DNA of 63,985 nt, the filler included, from Catajapyx aquilonaris (lineage: Eukaryota): assembly GCA_000934665.2 (NCBI GenBank). It is 3 parts of 3 records of this genome, joined end to end, with 100 filler letters (N's around TTAATTAATTAA, not from the genome) between each part and the next. Parts side by side here need not be neighbours in the genome. Positions count along the whole stretch, not along the records: positions 1 to 21,245 come from KZ539476.1; 2 more parts are not named here. One strand, 5' to 3'. The first letter of the stretch is position 1, and every line of letters starts with the position of its first letter. The notes beneath the pieces are model-generated. The model had not been told where the DNA came from. It ran no database searches and saw only the letters and a list, made by a program, of their open reading frames with translations. Positions 1-12,365 of the stretch are shown here, piece by piece. The translations under genes and the position numbers were made by a program.

Positions 1-1454
1 GCTGCCCTTTTTAGGTCTCTGGGAGCCACCGGTCGTTGTTATCAATGCATCGCAACCTAACACGTGCGGCCTTTTTCACGTTGTGGTCTTCATTCACCCC
101 CTTGTAATATCGATACTGACTGAGGGCGATACACGCTTGCCCCGGGCCGGCCCTCCCTCGTTAGAGTCTGTCGCCTGCGCTATCGAGGTCTCTGGGACCC
201 GCTGGCTCCAGTGATGGATAAATCTTAATCTAACGTGTACGGGTTATTTCGGGTTATTCAGCACATTCTTGTCTCTGAAGGTCGACCTTGAACATGTAGA
301 ATAAAGTCACTTATATTTGGGAAAAATTGGTGTTTCAAATCTGCAGGTGTCTGAAGTGTACTACAATAACGCTATTTATCATAATTGCAGTTACGCTGCT
401 GCATCCTAGTCTCCGCAAAAAAATATTTTCAAAGTACTGGTCTGGTGTGCGACAAAGATCGACTACCGTCATACAAGTGCGAGTGCATTTCTCAGAGATC
501 GCAATGTTCCAATTTGATAAATTATTTTCTTGCTGCTAGCACTGTTTTATGCTGTAATAGTGATGAATTTCCACAACCGGGTCAAACAATACTTAAATCC
601 TCGTCGTCTTTCCGACATTCCGACTAATTTTTATTTGCCTTCAATCGCATTTTTATGTGCAGGGGACATGTGCAGGGGATATGTGTACTATGAACATAAT
701 AATAATAATCTATGCAGATTTTCTGTTAAAAACCTGGGTCTTTGTAAAAAAACGAGAGAAACCCAAATTTTCCTAGGAAAAAACGAAAAATCAGGTTTTC
801 CCTGGCCTTTACAACACTAGCCCTAACTGTGACAGTTTGGCCGAATCCGGGACAAATGGGCGTCCTGAATGACACTAGAAATAATCAGGGACAAAGGACG
901 AAAATTCGGGATGTCTTGTCACGTTACAGTTATTTTCCATTTGGAATATATGACTTACATCATCCACTACATACAATATTTGCGAAGGTGCGGTTTTATA
1001 CCTTAAAATAGCTGATTTGAACTATATTTTTTGGGTCCAGGGCAGGGAGGGTTACAACTTCCCCCAACACCCTCCCCCTCCCTACGCCGCTGATCCTGGT
1101 ACTACAATAAGTCTGATGCACTTTTGCAGCGTCGCTTTGTATTATATCTTGTCGTCTCATTTTGTAATGTCTGGGCCAAAAGGTCAAGTTAGTACTTTGG
1201 CCTATTACACTACCAGCTGCTGTGGTCTCAAACCACGACTCGGACCGTCCGACCACGCGACCGTCCGACTTCGGGACATGTGGTGTGGCTTCCGGAATAT
1301 ATTCCGGAACCCACACAATGTCCCACGGCCCCGGCTGACATGCACAGCATACACCTTATGTATGGTAATAAACGCCGCCTCCCCCCCCCATCCCCGGTCC
1401 CCCCAATTATTGAGTTATTTTCGATTGGGAATAAATTAGATTTGCGCATGTGCG

Positions 1455-1558
1455 NNNNNNNNNNNNNNNNNNNNNNNNNNNNNNNNNNNNNNNNNNNNNN
1501 NNNNNNNNNNNNNNNNNNNNNNNNNNNNNNNNNNNNNNNNNNNNNNNNNNNNNNNNNN
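1455..1558. other. Assembly gap (N run)
   Basis: Run of N characters. Confidence 0.99.
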
Positions 1559-1587
1559 CAACCTCCCCCCTCCCTACGCCACTGCTA

Positions 1588-1697
1588 GGTTTGGTACTCT
1601 TCGGTACTCCCAGGTACTCTTTGGTACTCCTCGGTACTCTCAGGTACTCCCAGGTACTCCTCGGTACTATTTGGTACTCCTTGAATTTGGTACTCCG
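1588..1697. repeat. ~10-bp minisatellite (ggtactcc/tc unit)
   Basis: About ten degenerate tandem copies of ggtactc(c/t)nn next to the gap. Confidence 0.85.
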
Positions 1698-1839
1698 GTG
1701 TACACTTTTCAGTCGAGTGATTACCCCCTTGTCCAAACCACTCCATGACTGCTGGCTAACAAACACTTATTCTGTGCCACGTATAGGCATTATTGTTTGC
1801 CACGTATGGTTTACGAGAGACCCTTAGCAATGCCAATTA

Positions 1840-2138
1840 ATAATAATAATTAATAATTCATACCCCGTTATCAGCCTTTTTCGGCTCTTTAGGGGGGAAG
1901 TTTTCTTTTTGCCTGGAACTCTTTGCTTTCGTTTTTACTGCACAACTTTTTGGGATGGGATAGGGACGGAAGGAAGCGGCTGTGGCCTGTTAATTACGGA
2001 AACAACTCCGGAATTTTCCAGGAAGGACCGTGGGAAACCACAGAAAAGCTCGGTCAGAGTTGCCGTCCCCGGGATTCGATCCCAGAACCTCCCGATTAGC
2101 AGTCGGACACCGTATCCCCTACTCCAAACTGCTTCGGT
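1840..2138 (-). mobile_element. tRNA-derived SINE, family A (full length)
   Basis: Minus strand starts ACCGAAGCAG, with A-box-like TGGAGTAGGGG, anticodon-like arm CCGA-CTGCTAA-TCGG, B-box GGATCGAATCC and an (ATT)n tail. Flanked by a 15-bp TSD tagcaatgccaatta (1825-1839, 2139-2153). Homologous copies at 21409, 23382 and 51320. Confidence 0.9.
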
Positions 2139-4437
2139 TAGCAATGCCAATTACCTTGCTATATCAGATTAGAAGTATATAGAAGATGGCATAAGGGATA
2201 ATGCCGCATAAGTGAGCATAAGTGGTGTTGTTGGACCCTCAAGCCTAGTATCGTCGGCCGCATGTGACTATCATTCCGGAGCGGGAAAATTGGGTAGATT
2301 GCCGATTATTGTGAAGGCATCCGAAATAAATAATATTATATAAAATGCGAGTTTTCAACAACAACAACAACAACAACATGATTCCGCTGCGAATGGCACC
2401 AACTATAAATAATTGCAATAATTATTGGCACGTCATCTGGCGGATATCTAGAATTGCTCCCTTATTATCCCTGTTCTGATCTGTACTTATAACTATGAAC
2501 ATGCAGTATTAACTTACATTAAATTATTTTTCAGCATAATATATCCGCTATGTAATGGGTCCGATTCTTCAGAAGGAATTCATTCAGAATACAATCTGGT
2601 GACACTGCATTTTAACAATTATTTCCCAATGTTAATCTTTTTAAATAACTTGTTACTTTTCTCTTCATTTCTTATCATCGTACCATGTTTGTTGGTTTGT
2701 GTTTGGATTTAGTTTTCTTCCGGCGACCTTGCGAGTGCTTCCAGGTATATTGCAAGCAGGTGTATTGTTTCCTAGAGGCTAAACGTGCTTACCGAGAATG
2801 ATCGATGGTAAATCGGTAAGTCAGATACTAGTAGTAGTCCATAATATGCAAGATGAGAGTGATATAAAACAGAGCTGGGGAAATAATGAACCCCCAATTA
2901 TATATGCTATCATTTTGGATATAATATTGCCAATTACTTTGGCCCAATAGGTCCGTTGTGGTTTTTGTACGTTGCCAAGCACGGAGTATACGGTCGATGG
3001 TAATATTACTTGACCGAATCGGAGATGCAAGATGGAAGTGATATCATTGCCCAGCTGGCGAAATAAGCAACGGATTTCGATCAAATTCTTCCAATTTTTT
3101 ATATGTTGTGGACAACGACATCCTGGTCATTTTTTGTGTTTGGAAAAAAATTCCTAACTATAACAGGTCAAAGGTTATATATAACCACACTTAATTTAAT
3201 GTAATCAATATTAACAAAAATGCTCAAAATGTCGTAACTGGCTAGTTACAACATTTTAAGGTTACAGTTACAACCTGAATGTGGAAGTGAATTCTGACTA
3301 ACATATGATTTTCTTAGGAGAAGAATGTTGCCCCCAATACACTAGCTGAACACATTTTAGACCTAGTTTTAGCAGCATTTTCCTCTTCAGCTACGCTTAT
3401 GTCTGACCCTCCGCAGGCAGCCATCTTGCTTGCAGTTACAACCTTCCATCTGCATAGCGTTGGTGTACCCAGCACCAGCATTGTCCCTGCCAGGCACGGT
3501 CCGTCGCATTGCCCAGCGATTTTAGTTAGTTGCGAGCGTGAGCGAGCTGGGCTCTCTTTGTAGGTTTTTAATCTGAACCTATACACTATCCATCTTGTGG
3601 CGTTGCAGGTCAATGAACGTTATTGTGGCCTTTCAAAGCGTCAATCGTTGGTAATTTATTGGAAAATTGTCGTCGCCCAAACTACCATCTTACAGCTAAT
3701 GGTTGGATGGTTAGAAAATTCACAAATAATTCACACACAACTCATTTATTAACAAGAAGTTGTTAATATTTTGCTGTGGCACTCATTATACAAGAAAACA
3801 AATCATTCTTGTGTTCCCGCCTCCACGCAAACTTCACAAGATATCACTCCATAAGTTATCACGAAAAGTGCATGCGAAATGGCGCGTCGCCAAACCCACC
3901 GGGCATGTATGTGTTTCAGGTGCTGATTGTTACAATATTGTTTTAAACCATCGAGTACATAATATTACCAAACGCCCATATAATATTGTGCGGGATAAAT
4001 TCGATTCAAAGCGCAGTGGTGTTCCCATACACTGAATAAAAGTACTTGATGTGAATGATTAACTTATCAATGTTTGTACTGTAGCATCTGGTTCAGTTTT
4101 CATATTGTTGTGATTGGTCGAATATTTTGTTGAATGTTTACATACCGCATACGAAAGAAAATCAACAAAAATATTATTTCTTTTTATTCTGCAACTCATA
4201 AATTCTTCAAAACTTAGACATTCTCCTTAATTGTTATTGTGCTTAACATCTTCAAAGGTAGTGTTCCACCCAGCCCACGGACACTACCCCTATCTTCTGG
4301 GCTTATCAGCTGCCGAGGGGGTTTTCAGCGGTTACTCACCTGAGACCGCCATGAGACATTTAGGAGCCACGACAAGTGGCGACCCTACCGGACTAAGGCT
4401 GAACTTTATAGGTACGAAAGGGGGGGGGGGCTACATG

Positions 4438-4475
4438 ATGACCCAACATGGCCGCCGGCGGCCATGTTGGGTCAT
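4438..4475. repeat. Perfect 38-bp palindrome
   Basis: atgacccaacatggccgcc|ggcggccatgttgggtcat is self-complementary with no spacer. Confidence 0.95.
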
Positions 4476-4481
4476 GTTGGA

Positions 4482-4733
4482 GCCTGCCGCTTGTGCAATA
4501 AAAGGTTTACTCAGGCATCAAATCTGACGAGGCATGTCAGAACTCACACGGGAGAGAAGCCCTATGCTTGCAAAGTGTGTGGGAAAGAGTTTGTCCGAGG
4601 AACTTATTTGAAGCAGCACATCAAAATTCATACAGGGGAGAAGCCATTTACATGTGAAGTTTGCCAGAAAAGATTTAATGTTGCAAGTAACTTGAGGGTG
4701 CACATGAAGCTTCATGCAAAGGAGGCATCATAG
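4482..4733 (+). pseudogene. C2H2 zinc-finger gene 3' end (3 fingers), 5'-truncated relic or terminal exon
   Basis: CRLC..HVRTH-TGEKP-YACKVC..HIKIH-TGEKP-FTCEVC..HMKLH, then TAG; AATAAA near 5075. No convincing start or splice acceptor upstream; abuts the 38-bp palindrome. Confidence 0.7.
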
Positions 4734-5431
4734 ACTTTGACAATTTTGAAAGCAAATTTCGCTTGCAAAAGTTTGAAATTGTCCGACTTTCAATGTCAAT
4801 CATGTTGTAGTTCTATATGATACATCATACAAGTATATTGTTTTTAATTATATTCGTACGTGAGTGGCACTTGATTGATTCTAAATGGAATGTGGTGCAA
4901 TTTCCAATGGTGCTTCCTTTTTATCTTCATAATATTGATATATATTGCTATATAAAATTATATTATAACAATTGGATGCTGAATGTGTTTATTACTTTCG
5001 GGTGTGTAACATTGTGAACATGATTTTATTCCCCAGCAGTAAATATCTGCAGTGTAAGCCTAAAACAGGTGTCCAATAAAAATTGATGTGTTGCATTGTT
5101 CATCAACAGTATTAAAATACACATTCACTTAATTACAGGAAATTATTAATGGTTTGTAATATTTGTCACTTTTGTTGAGTGCAGGATCATGTAAGCCACA
5201 CCATCTCTTGAGTTGGCATCATCAACACTATTTACCCATCATGTAATTGATGCAATGTGGGGCCTTCCCAGCTGTTAATTAAATTTTTCTGTTTGCTATT
5301 GTGCTATCCAAAGCAACATTATTTTGATAGTCGAACTATTAAATATACAGTGAAATGTGATAATCTTCATACTTTCACATTTTCAAATGAGTCAAATTTA
5401 AAGTTCGGAGATGAAATTATGATCACACTTT

Positions 5432-7672
5432 TCATCGTAAGAAGCCATACGATGGCACATGTGGTTTTGTCTGCTTGGGTTTGCAACACAGCTCCATCAG
5501 GTAGACAACGAATGCCATTGAGAGTCCAAAACCCCAGAAGACAAAGACCACATAGAGATTCTGCACCATCATCACATCCTGAACCTCGTGACTCACCACC
5601 GCCTTCCCTTGCCTCCTTGAAAGAATCAAGTTCTCGAAGAAAGCATTATGTCCATCCTCACGATTCCACTGCTCGAAAATACCACTTTCAAGCAACTTTG
5701 TACGAACATGTTGCATGCGAGCCTGCATCACACTTCCTTTGTCGTACACCAGAGTAACGTACACATTGTATGCCTTTTCTTGTGCTACTTTGACCATGTC
5801 GCGACCCATTGAGTCCATGAACCTGTACTTGGCTCTTCTGACAAAGTAGTTGTAAGCCAAGCAGGCCTTCCCTGGTTTGTTGATGACCTCTTCGAAACAG
5901 CTGTACTCACTGGGAAGGATCGAGGACTGGTTGATCAGCTTGGTGTGCACCTCGTTGTTGGAGGTCAGCTGCCTGATGAAGAGTGAGTTGGAGAAGGGTA
6001 TCAGACACTCGTAGCCTTGTTGGTACAGCTGGTCCATGCTTGTGGGCAGGACCTCTTCGGCTGGGAGGGCCAGTAGGGTGGTCAGCTTGGTGGTGTAGCC
6101 GCAAGTGACCACTATGGCCATCAACCCCATGATGCCTTCGATCAGACGAGACACCGTCGAAGAGGAAAGGGTCTTGGGCTGCTCGATGAGTATCATGAAA
6201 AGAGCAGCTATCGATGTTCCCAAGCTGGTTCTTCCTCCAGAAGTGCGGATCATCATCCACAGAGCTATTCCAGAAATGACCCAGATGACCCCAATGGCTG
6301 TCCAGGTCTCAGTGCTTAGTGGCTGGGCAAGCACGCTCCAAGGAATCAGTATCCTGGGATATGTGGTCACGAATGTCAGGTAGAAATCATGAACCAACGA
6401 AGTGACTGTCACGTATGGTATGACCTGTTAAAGGTTATATTAACACAATTTGTACCATTGATTTCATTCAATAAACTATGATAATCATCTTCATCCTTTA
6501 ACTCATGAAGGCTATAGATATTGCACTGTGATTATTATTTTGTAGTACTGCTGTATACAATCATGTTGGAACCTTACCTTATCAGAGAGTATGTACATTA
6601 CTCCTAAGTCTGCCTTTCCAAGCAGGATGTACCCAACTGCACCTACCCAGCTTCCGTTGGGTCTCATCGCATCCCAGGTCTCGTGTTCGTTAATCTCTGG
6701 AATCAAGTACTCCAGCTTCATGTTCAGAGCATCCTCCCCAATCAGAGACACTTTGTCTATTCTGCGCAGATACTGGTAGCCTAATGTGTTTAGCTTTCGA
6801 CGTGACACACTGGTGTCCTCTGATTCAAAGTGCACCACGTGCATCCGATGGCCATGCATGTTGGTGGACATGTCTGGAAAAGCATGTTTGAGGTCTAGGC
6901 TCGGATAGTGACCCAGATCTATGAAGTTGGGCTGTCCTTCGTTGCAGTAGAAGCACACGCTTTCAAGATGGAGAGAGTTGACGGTGCGGTTGTAGCTTTG
7001 AAAAGAGATGAATGTAGTGTTATGGTTATACTTTAACCGTGATACATCCCTTGAAATCTAAGTTATACTTTTAAAATTAGTGCGACAGACTCTTTCAACT
7101 TACCTGGAAATAATCTTAAACCGGATGCCCTTGGCTGGATGAAGAGTGAGAAGCTTCTTGGTCTCGTCCGTCAGACTTCGAAAGTGCAGCAGAAAGTGAT
7201 CCCGGATGTTGTCGATCTTGACTGTACCGACCACATTCAGCACCTGCTGCGGCAGCATGTCCGGTGCATCAGCGATGAACACTGTCACGGCACATGTGCC
7301 TCCAGGTCGAAGGTCAGACCTGACCTCGGGAGGGATGCTGGTGAAGGTGGACAGCTGGTGGGGACCGATCAATCCGAGGTATTCGCTCCATGTCTTGGGT
7401 ACGAACGCATTGTGCCTCGTGGTGCTGGTGGTCACACTGTTGCGGTATGACTCCACTTGCCAGTGCAGCAATTGTCCTAATTCACGGCTCGTGTTGACAT
7501 CACCTAAGGACAACACCAGGGAGCAATTCTGGAACCGGACGTCCTGCAGGATGTCTCTGGCTAACAGGGACACCAGCAAATCCTCTTTGTCTGCCTCGCG
7601 AAGTTCGACAGGTATTCCCGGATAGTGAGGAACATGTACCAGAATAACCAACAGGATAAACAACACGTCCAT
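5432..7672 (-). CDS. Divergent ionotropic receptor (IR, variant iGluR family), copy 1; exons 7672-7104, 6995-6578, 6424-5432; ~659 aa
   Basis: Hydrophobic N-terminus MDVLFILLVILV, S1 motif NGSWVGAVGYILLGKADLG, M1 QPLSTETWTAI, M3 VVTCGYTTKLTTLLA (SYTANL-like), S2 LLESGIFEQW and M4 LYVVFVFWGFGL. GT-AG introns join in frame. Confidence 0.88.
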
Positions 7673-8959
7673 CTGGCTAACTGGAATAATGTTGATTAAC
7701 CGCATATCAACCTCCGCATTTGTCAGCCATAGTTCCTCAAATACCTGCACACCTCTGTTCAGATTGAAGGTCAATCGGGAGAGAGTTGTTTATTATTGAC
7801 AACCTCTTTCGATGATTGCTTCCAGGCTGTGTCTTCATGCGGCAATTAATAAAACAGTAAGAGTACACTAGCAATTATCGCGGTTACACACACAGGAAAT
7901 TTGATGCCTATAGGAAAAAATATCTGGTCATGAAAGACACTTCTTACTATTTGTACTTTATTATACTGTTCTTTAAAGGTGTTGTAAATCCAACCTATGC
8001 GGAACTACCGGTACCTAGAAAATCGATATTTTTATTATACATATACGAGTAAATAAATAATAGTAAATAAATGAAACTGTCTGCCCTACTTTTTCTGCGA
8101 AGGGTTTATGCTCTTTGCACTAATGTCAATATGAGAATGTTGCCTTAATTCTTGTACAATACATTCCAAACCATTATTTCCTGTAATATACTGTACCTTA
8201 CAAAATCTGGTTCAGGGGAGTTGCTGAATATGTGTTTCGTCTTAGTGGTTGATTTATGAGTTTCTTGGAAAACTGTTCAGTTCGGAACACTTTACGACAT
8301 GTGGGAGAGATTCCGCTATGGACATGTTTCCCCCGTGATCCATTTCAGTAAAAATATATGGCTGCATAATTTGCATTAAAAATATTGTTCTTCATTTTCT
8401 CATCAGGTGATCAAAACAGAGAAAACAGCGTCCTTTCTCTTATTTTCACGTTTATTTCAATTTACGTACAGTACGTGTGTTACAGCATAACTTACCGCAG
8501 CTTCCCCCTTTTCAATATCAGCATTATTTTACTTTCATCAGATGCAATGAATTACAAAATCATACACCTGCATGATTATGCTATATTTTTATTGCATATT
8601 GACATGGTGTAAGGCGCTCATGCCTATTTATAAGCACTGCGGATAAAAGAGCTTGTGATATTTAGCAAGATAATCCTGCAACACAATAAATTATCAGCAG
8701 TACTATAAATAAATACTAATGAATCCTGTCAAAAATGTGAAGTATGCGATAGACAACATGCAACACGAATTATTTATTGTGGTGACCATAAAGAACTGGT
8801 CAAATTTTCTTCTGGAATGGTGTGGTCCAAATGCACTTTTGATACGTATATACTGTATATACACGAACACGTGGAATCTATATTTTTTAAAACCCATACA
8901 TTTCGTCCAGTGCAATTTAACTGAATGCTTTGAACTGAATTTTGGATTACGCTTTTCAT

Positions 8960-11677
8960 CTCATAAAAAGCCACACAACGGTGTATCATTCGGTATTGCC
9001 TGCTTGGGTTTGCATCACATCTCCATCAGACAACGAATGCCATTGAGAGTCCAATGCCCCAGAAGGCAAAGACGACCAGGAGATTTCTCATCGTCATCAC
9101 ATCTTGAACATCGTGACTCACCACCTCCTTCCCTAGTCTCCTTGACATCATCAAGTTCTCGAAGAAAGCGTGATGGCCATCCTCACGATTCCACTGATCG
9201 AAAATACCACTTTCAAGCAACTTTGTACGAACATGTTGCATGCGAGCCTGCATCACACTTCCTTTGTCGTACACCAGAGTAACGTACACATTGTATGCCT
9301 TTTCTTGTGCTACTTTGACCATGTCGCGACCCATCGAGTCCATGAACCTGTACTTGGCTCTTCTGATAAAATAATTGTAAGCCAAGCAGGCCTTCCCTGG
9401 TTTGTTGATGACCTCTTCGAAACAGCTGCACTCGTTGGGCAAGATTGAGGACTGGTTGATCAGTTTGGTGTGTACCTCGTTGTCGGAGGTCAGCTGCCTG
9501 ATGATGAGTGAGTTGGTGAAGGGTATCAGACACTCGTAGCCTTGGTGGTACAGTTCGTCCATGCTTTTGGGCAGGACCTCTTCGGCTGGGAGGGCCAGCA
9601 GAGTGGCCAGATTGCTGGTGTAGCCGAAAGTGACCACGTTGGCCATCAACCCCATGATGCCTTCGAACACGCGAGACACGGTGGAAGAGGGAAGAGACCT
9701 GTGCTGTTCGATAAGCATCATGAACAGAGCTGCAATGGTTGATCCCAAGCTGATATGGTTCTTCCCCCAGAAGTACGGATCAGCATCCACAGAGCTACTC
9801 CATAGATGACCCAGATGACCACGGTTACTGACCAGGTATTAATGCTTAGTGGCTGGACAAGGACGCTCCAATGAACCAGCATTCTGGGATATGTGGTCAC
9901 AAAGGTCATGTAGTACTCATAAATCAGCGAAGTGACCGTCACGTAAGGAACGACCTGTTAAAACATATTACTATTATTTTGTACTGTAGTACCATACTGT
10001 ATCTTACCTTATCGGAGAGTATGTACACTACTCCGAAGTCTGCCTTTCCAAGCAGGATGTATCCCACCGTACACACCCAGCTTCCGTTGGGTCTCATCGC
10101 GTCCCATGTGTCGTGGATATTGACCTCTGGAATCAAGTACTCCAGCTTCATGTTCAGCGTATCTTCCATGAGCAGAGACACTTTCTCTATCCTGCGCAGA
10201 CATTCGTAGCCGTATGTGTGCAGAATGCGACGTGACACACTGGTATCCACTGATTCAATGTGCACCACATGCATCCGATGGCCATGCATGTTGGGGGACA
10301 TATCTGGAAAAGCATGTTTGAGGTCTAGGCTTGGATAGTGACCCAGATCAATAAAGCTGGGCTGTCCCTCCTTGCAGTAGAAGCACACGCTTTCGAGGTG
10401 AAGAAAGTTGTCCTTGAGGTTGTACCTTTGAAAAAAGATGGAAATAAAAAGTACTTATCGTTACACTCTAAACTTTAACTATGATACCGCTTTAAATCTA
10501 TACCAATTACATAATGTATGATGCACTTCTTCCAGATAGAATATGTAGACCTGAAATGCAGATCGAATAAAGGCATACGTTGGTACAAAATTGAGTTTCA
10601 ACTTGTTCACTAGAGTTCTTGCAAAATATATTATAGCTGTGTAAAGATTTCTTGAAACGTAATGTTGAACTCTTTTGAAACGCACGTTTTGTGACTCTGG
10701 CCATTCTGCATGTCAGATGTTCATATTATTTTGTGTGGGAAGTATCGAGATATTCGAGAAGACGTAAGAGAGATGACATTATTCTATAGAGACAAACTGC
10801 TGCAACATTTGCCATTATTTTGGTTGTGATAATGCTGGCAAGGTTTGGAGAAAACACTGCAATTTATTTACCCCGAGTGCCCTTTCGGGCTTGGAGAGGG
10901 GGGGGGGACGTTCGGGGCTACAAACACAGGTCAATCCATTACAGCATTGCGTCTTATAACACTGTCTACAAAGTTATAAAACACTGCAATTTAAAAATAT
11001 TGTTATTTTTCAAGTGACAGCACAACCCAACCCATACACAAAACCAATATGCGCGGATGGATTACTGTGACGCTCACTATAAGTGCAACATACTCCCTAA
11101 TCTTACCTGGAAATGATTTTAAACCGGATGCCCTTGGCTGGACGGAGAGTGAGAAGCTTCTTGGTCTGGTCTGTCACACTTCGAAAGTGCAGTTGAAAGT
11201 GATCTAGGATGTTGTCAATCTTGACGGTACCAACGACGTTCAGCATCTGCTGCGGCAGCACGTCCGGTGTAGTAGCGACGAACACTGTCACGGCACATGT
11301 GCCTCCAGGTCGAAGATCAGACCTGACCTCGGGAGGGATGCTGGTGAAGGTGGACAGCTGCAGGTGGGGACCGGTCAGTCCGAGGTACTCGCTCCATGTC
11401 TTGGGTACGAACGCATTGTGCCTCGTGGTGCTGGTGGTCACACAGGTGCGGTATGACTCCCCGTGCCAGTGCAGGAATTGCCCTAATTCAAGGCCTTGTT
11501 AACATCACCTAAGGACAACACCAGGGAGCAGGTATGGAACCGGACGTCCTGCAAGATGTCTCTGGCTAGCAGGGACACCAGCAGGTCCTCTTTGTCTCCA
11601 TCTCGTAGTTCGACTGGTTTACCCAAGCAGTAAGGCGATAGGGTAACGAGCATGTACTGCATAAGCCCCATGTTCAT
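8960..11677 (-). pseudogene. Divergent IR copy 2, frameshifted pseudogene; exons ~11677-11107, 10425-10008, 9954-~9000
   Basis: Paralogous to copies 1 and 3, but with a 1-nt deletion near 11494, a 5-nt insertion near 9752-9757 and a 4-nt deletion near 9029 that creates an early TGA. Confidence 0.85.
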
Positions 11678-12365
11678 CCGGTTAACCGGAAAGGTTATTC
11701 TTAATTAAACTCCATCACCTTCCACATTGTCAACAAATATTCCTCAAGTACTGTACACTCTGTGCAGATATGTTCAGGTTGAAGGTCAATCCAGAGACAG
11801 TACATTATTGAATACCTCTTTGGATGATTGCTTCGGGCTGTTGCTTCATGCGGTAATTAATAAAATAGTGACATTGGCAATTATGAGGTTACACACACAA
11901 GAAAATCTGTGAGTTAAAATTCTGGACACGAAATAACATTTTTACAGTGTGAACTTGCTTAAGTGTAGTGTACTGTACTAAAGGGTTTTAAATCCACATT
12001 ATATCACCTGACGAGGAAGATGGAAAATGTACTTTTTATAGCATTTTTTCTTTTGCTTTTGTTCTCTGCGCCACTGGCATCTCAGAACTTTTCATTTTCT
12101 TTGTTTTAATATAAAACCAGTAATGTATTTTCTTAACTCGTAGCCTACTATATATACAGTAGATAATAGATCTATTGCATTAAATGCTATACCTAACTAA
12201 ATCTGATTCAACGGAATCTTGAAAATCGCGGAATAATAATATAACATTATTCCTGGGTGTTGTGGTGAATAAAATTTCTAATTATGTTTTTGACACTGTT
12301 TTGGGCTGACATTTTGATCTTCCTTTTCATCGTAAAAAGCCACACAATGGCACATGTGGTTTTGT

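Noticed and set aside
5257..5757. Plus-strand ORFs overlapping IR and cathepsin exons (also 8719-9282, 15543-16074, 18257-18829)
   Set aside because: Antisense shadows of real minus-strand coding exons, with no independent motifs.
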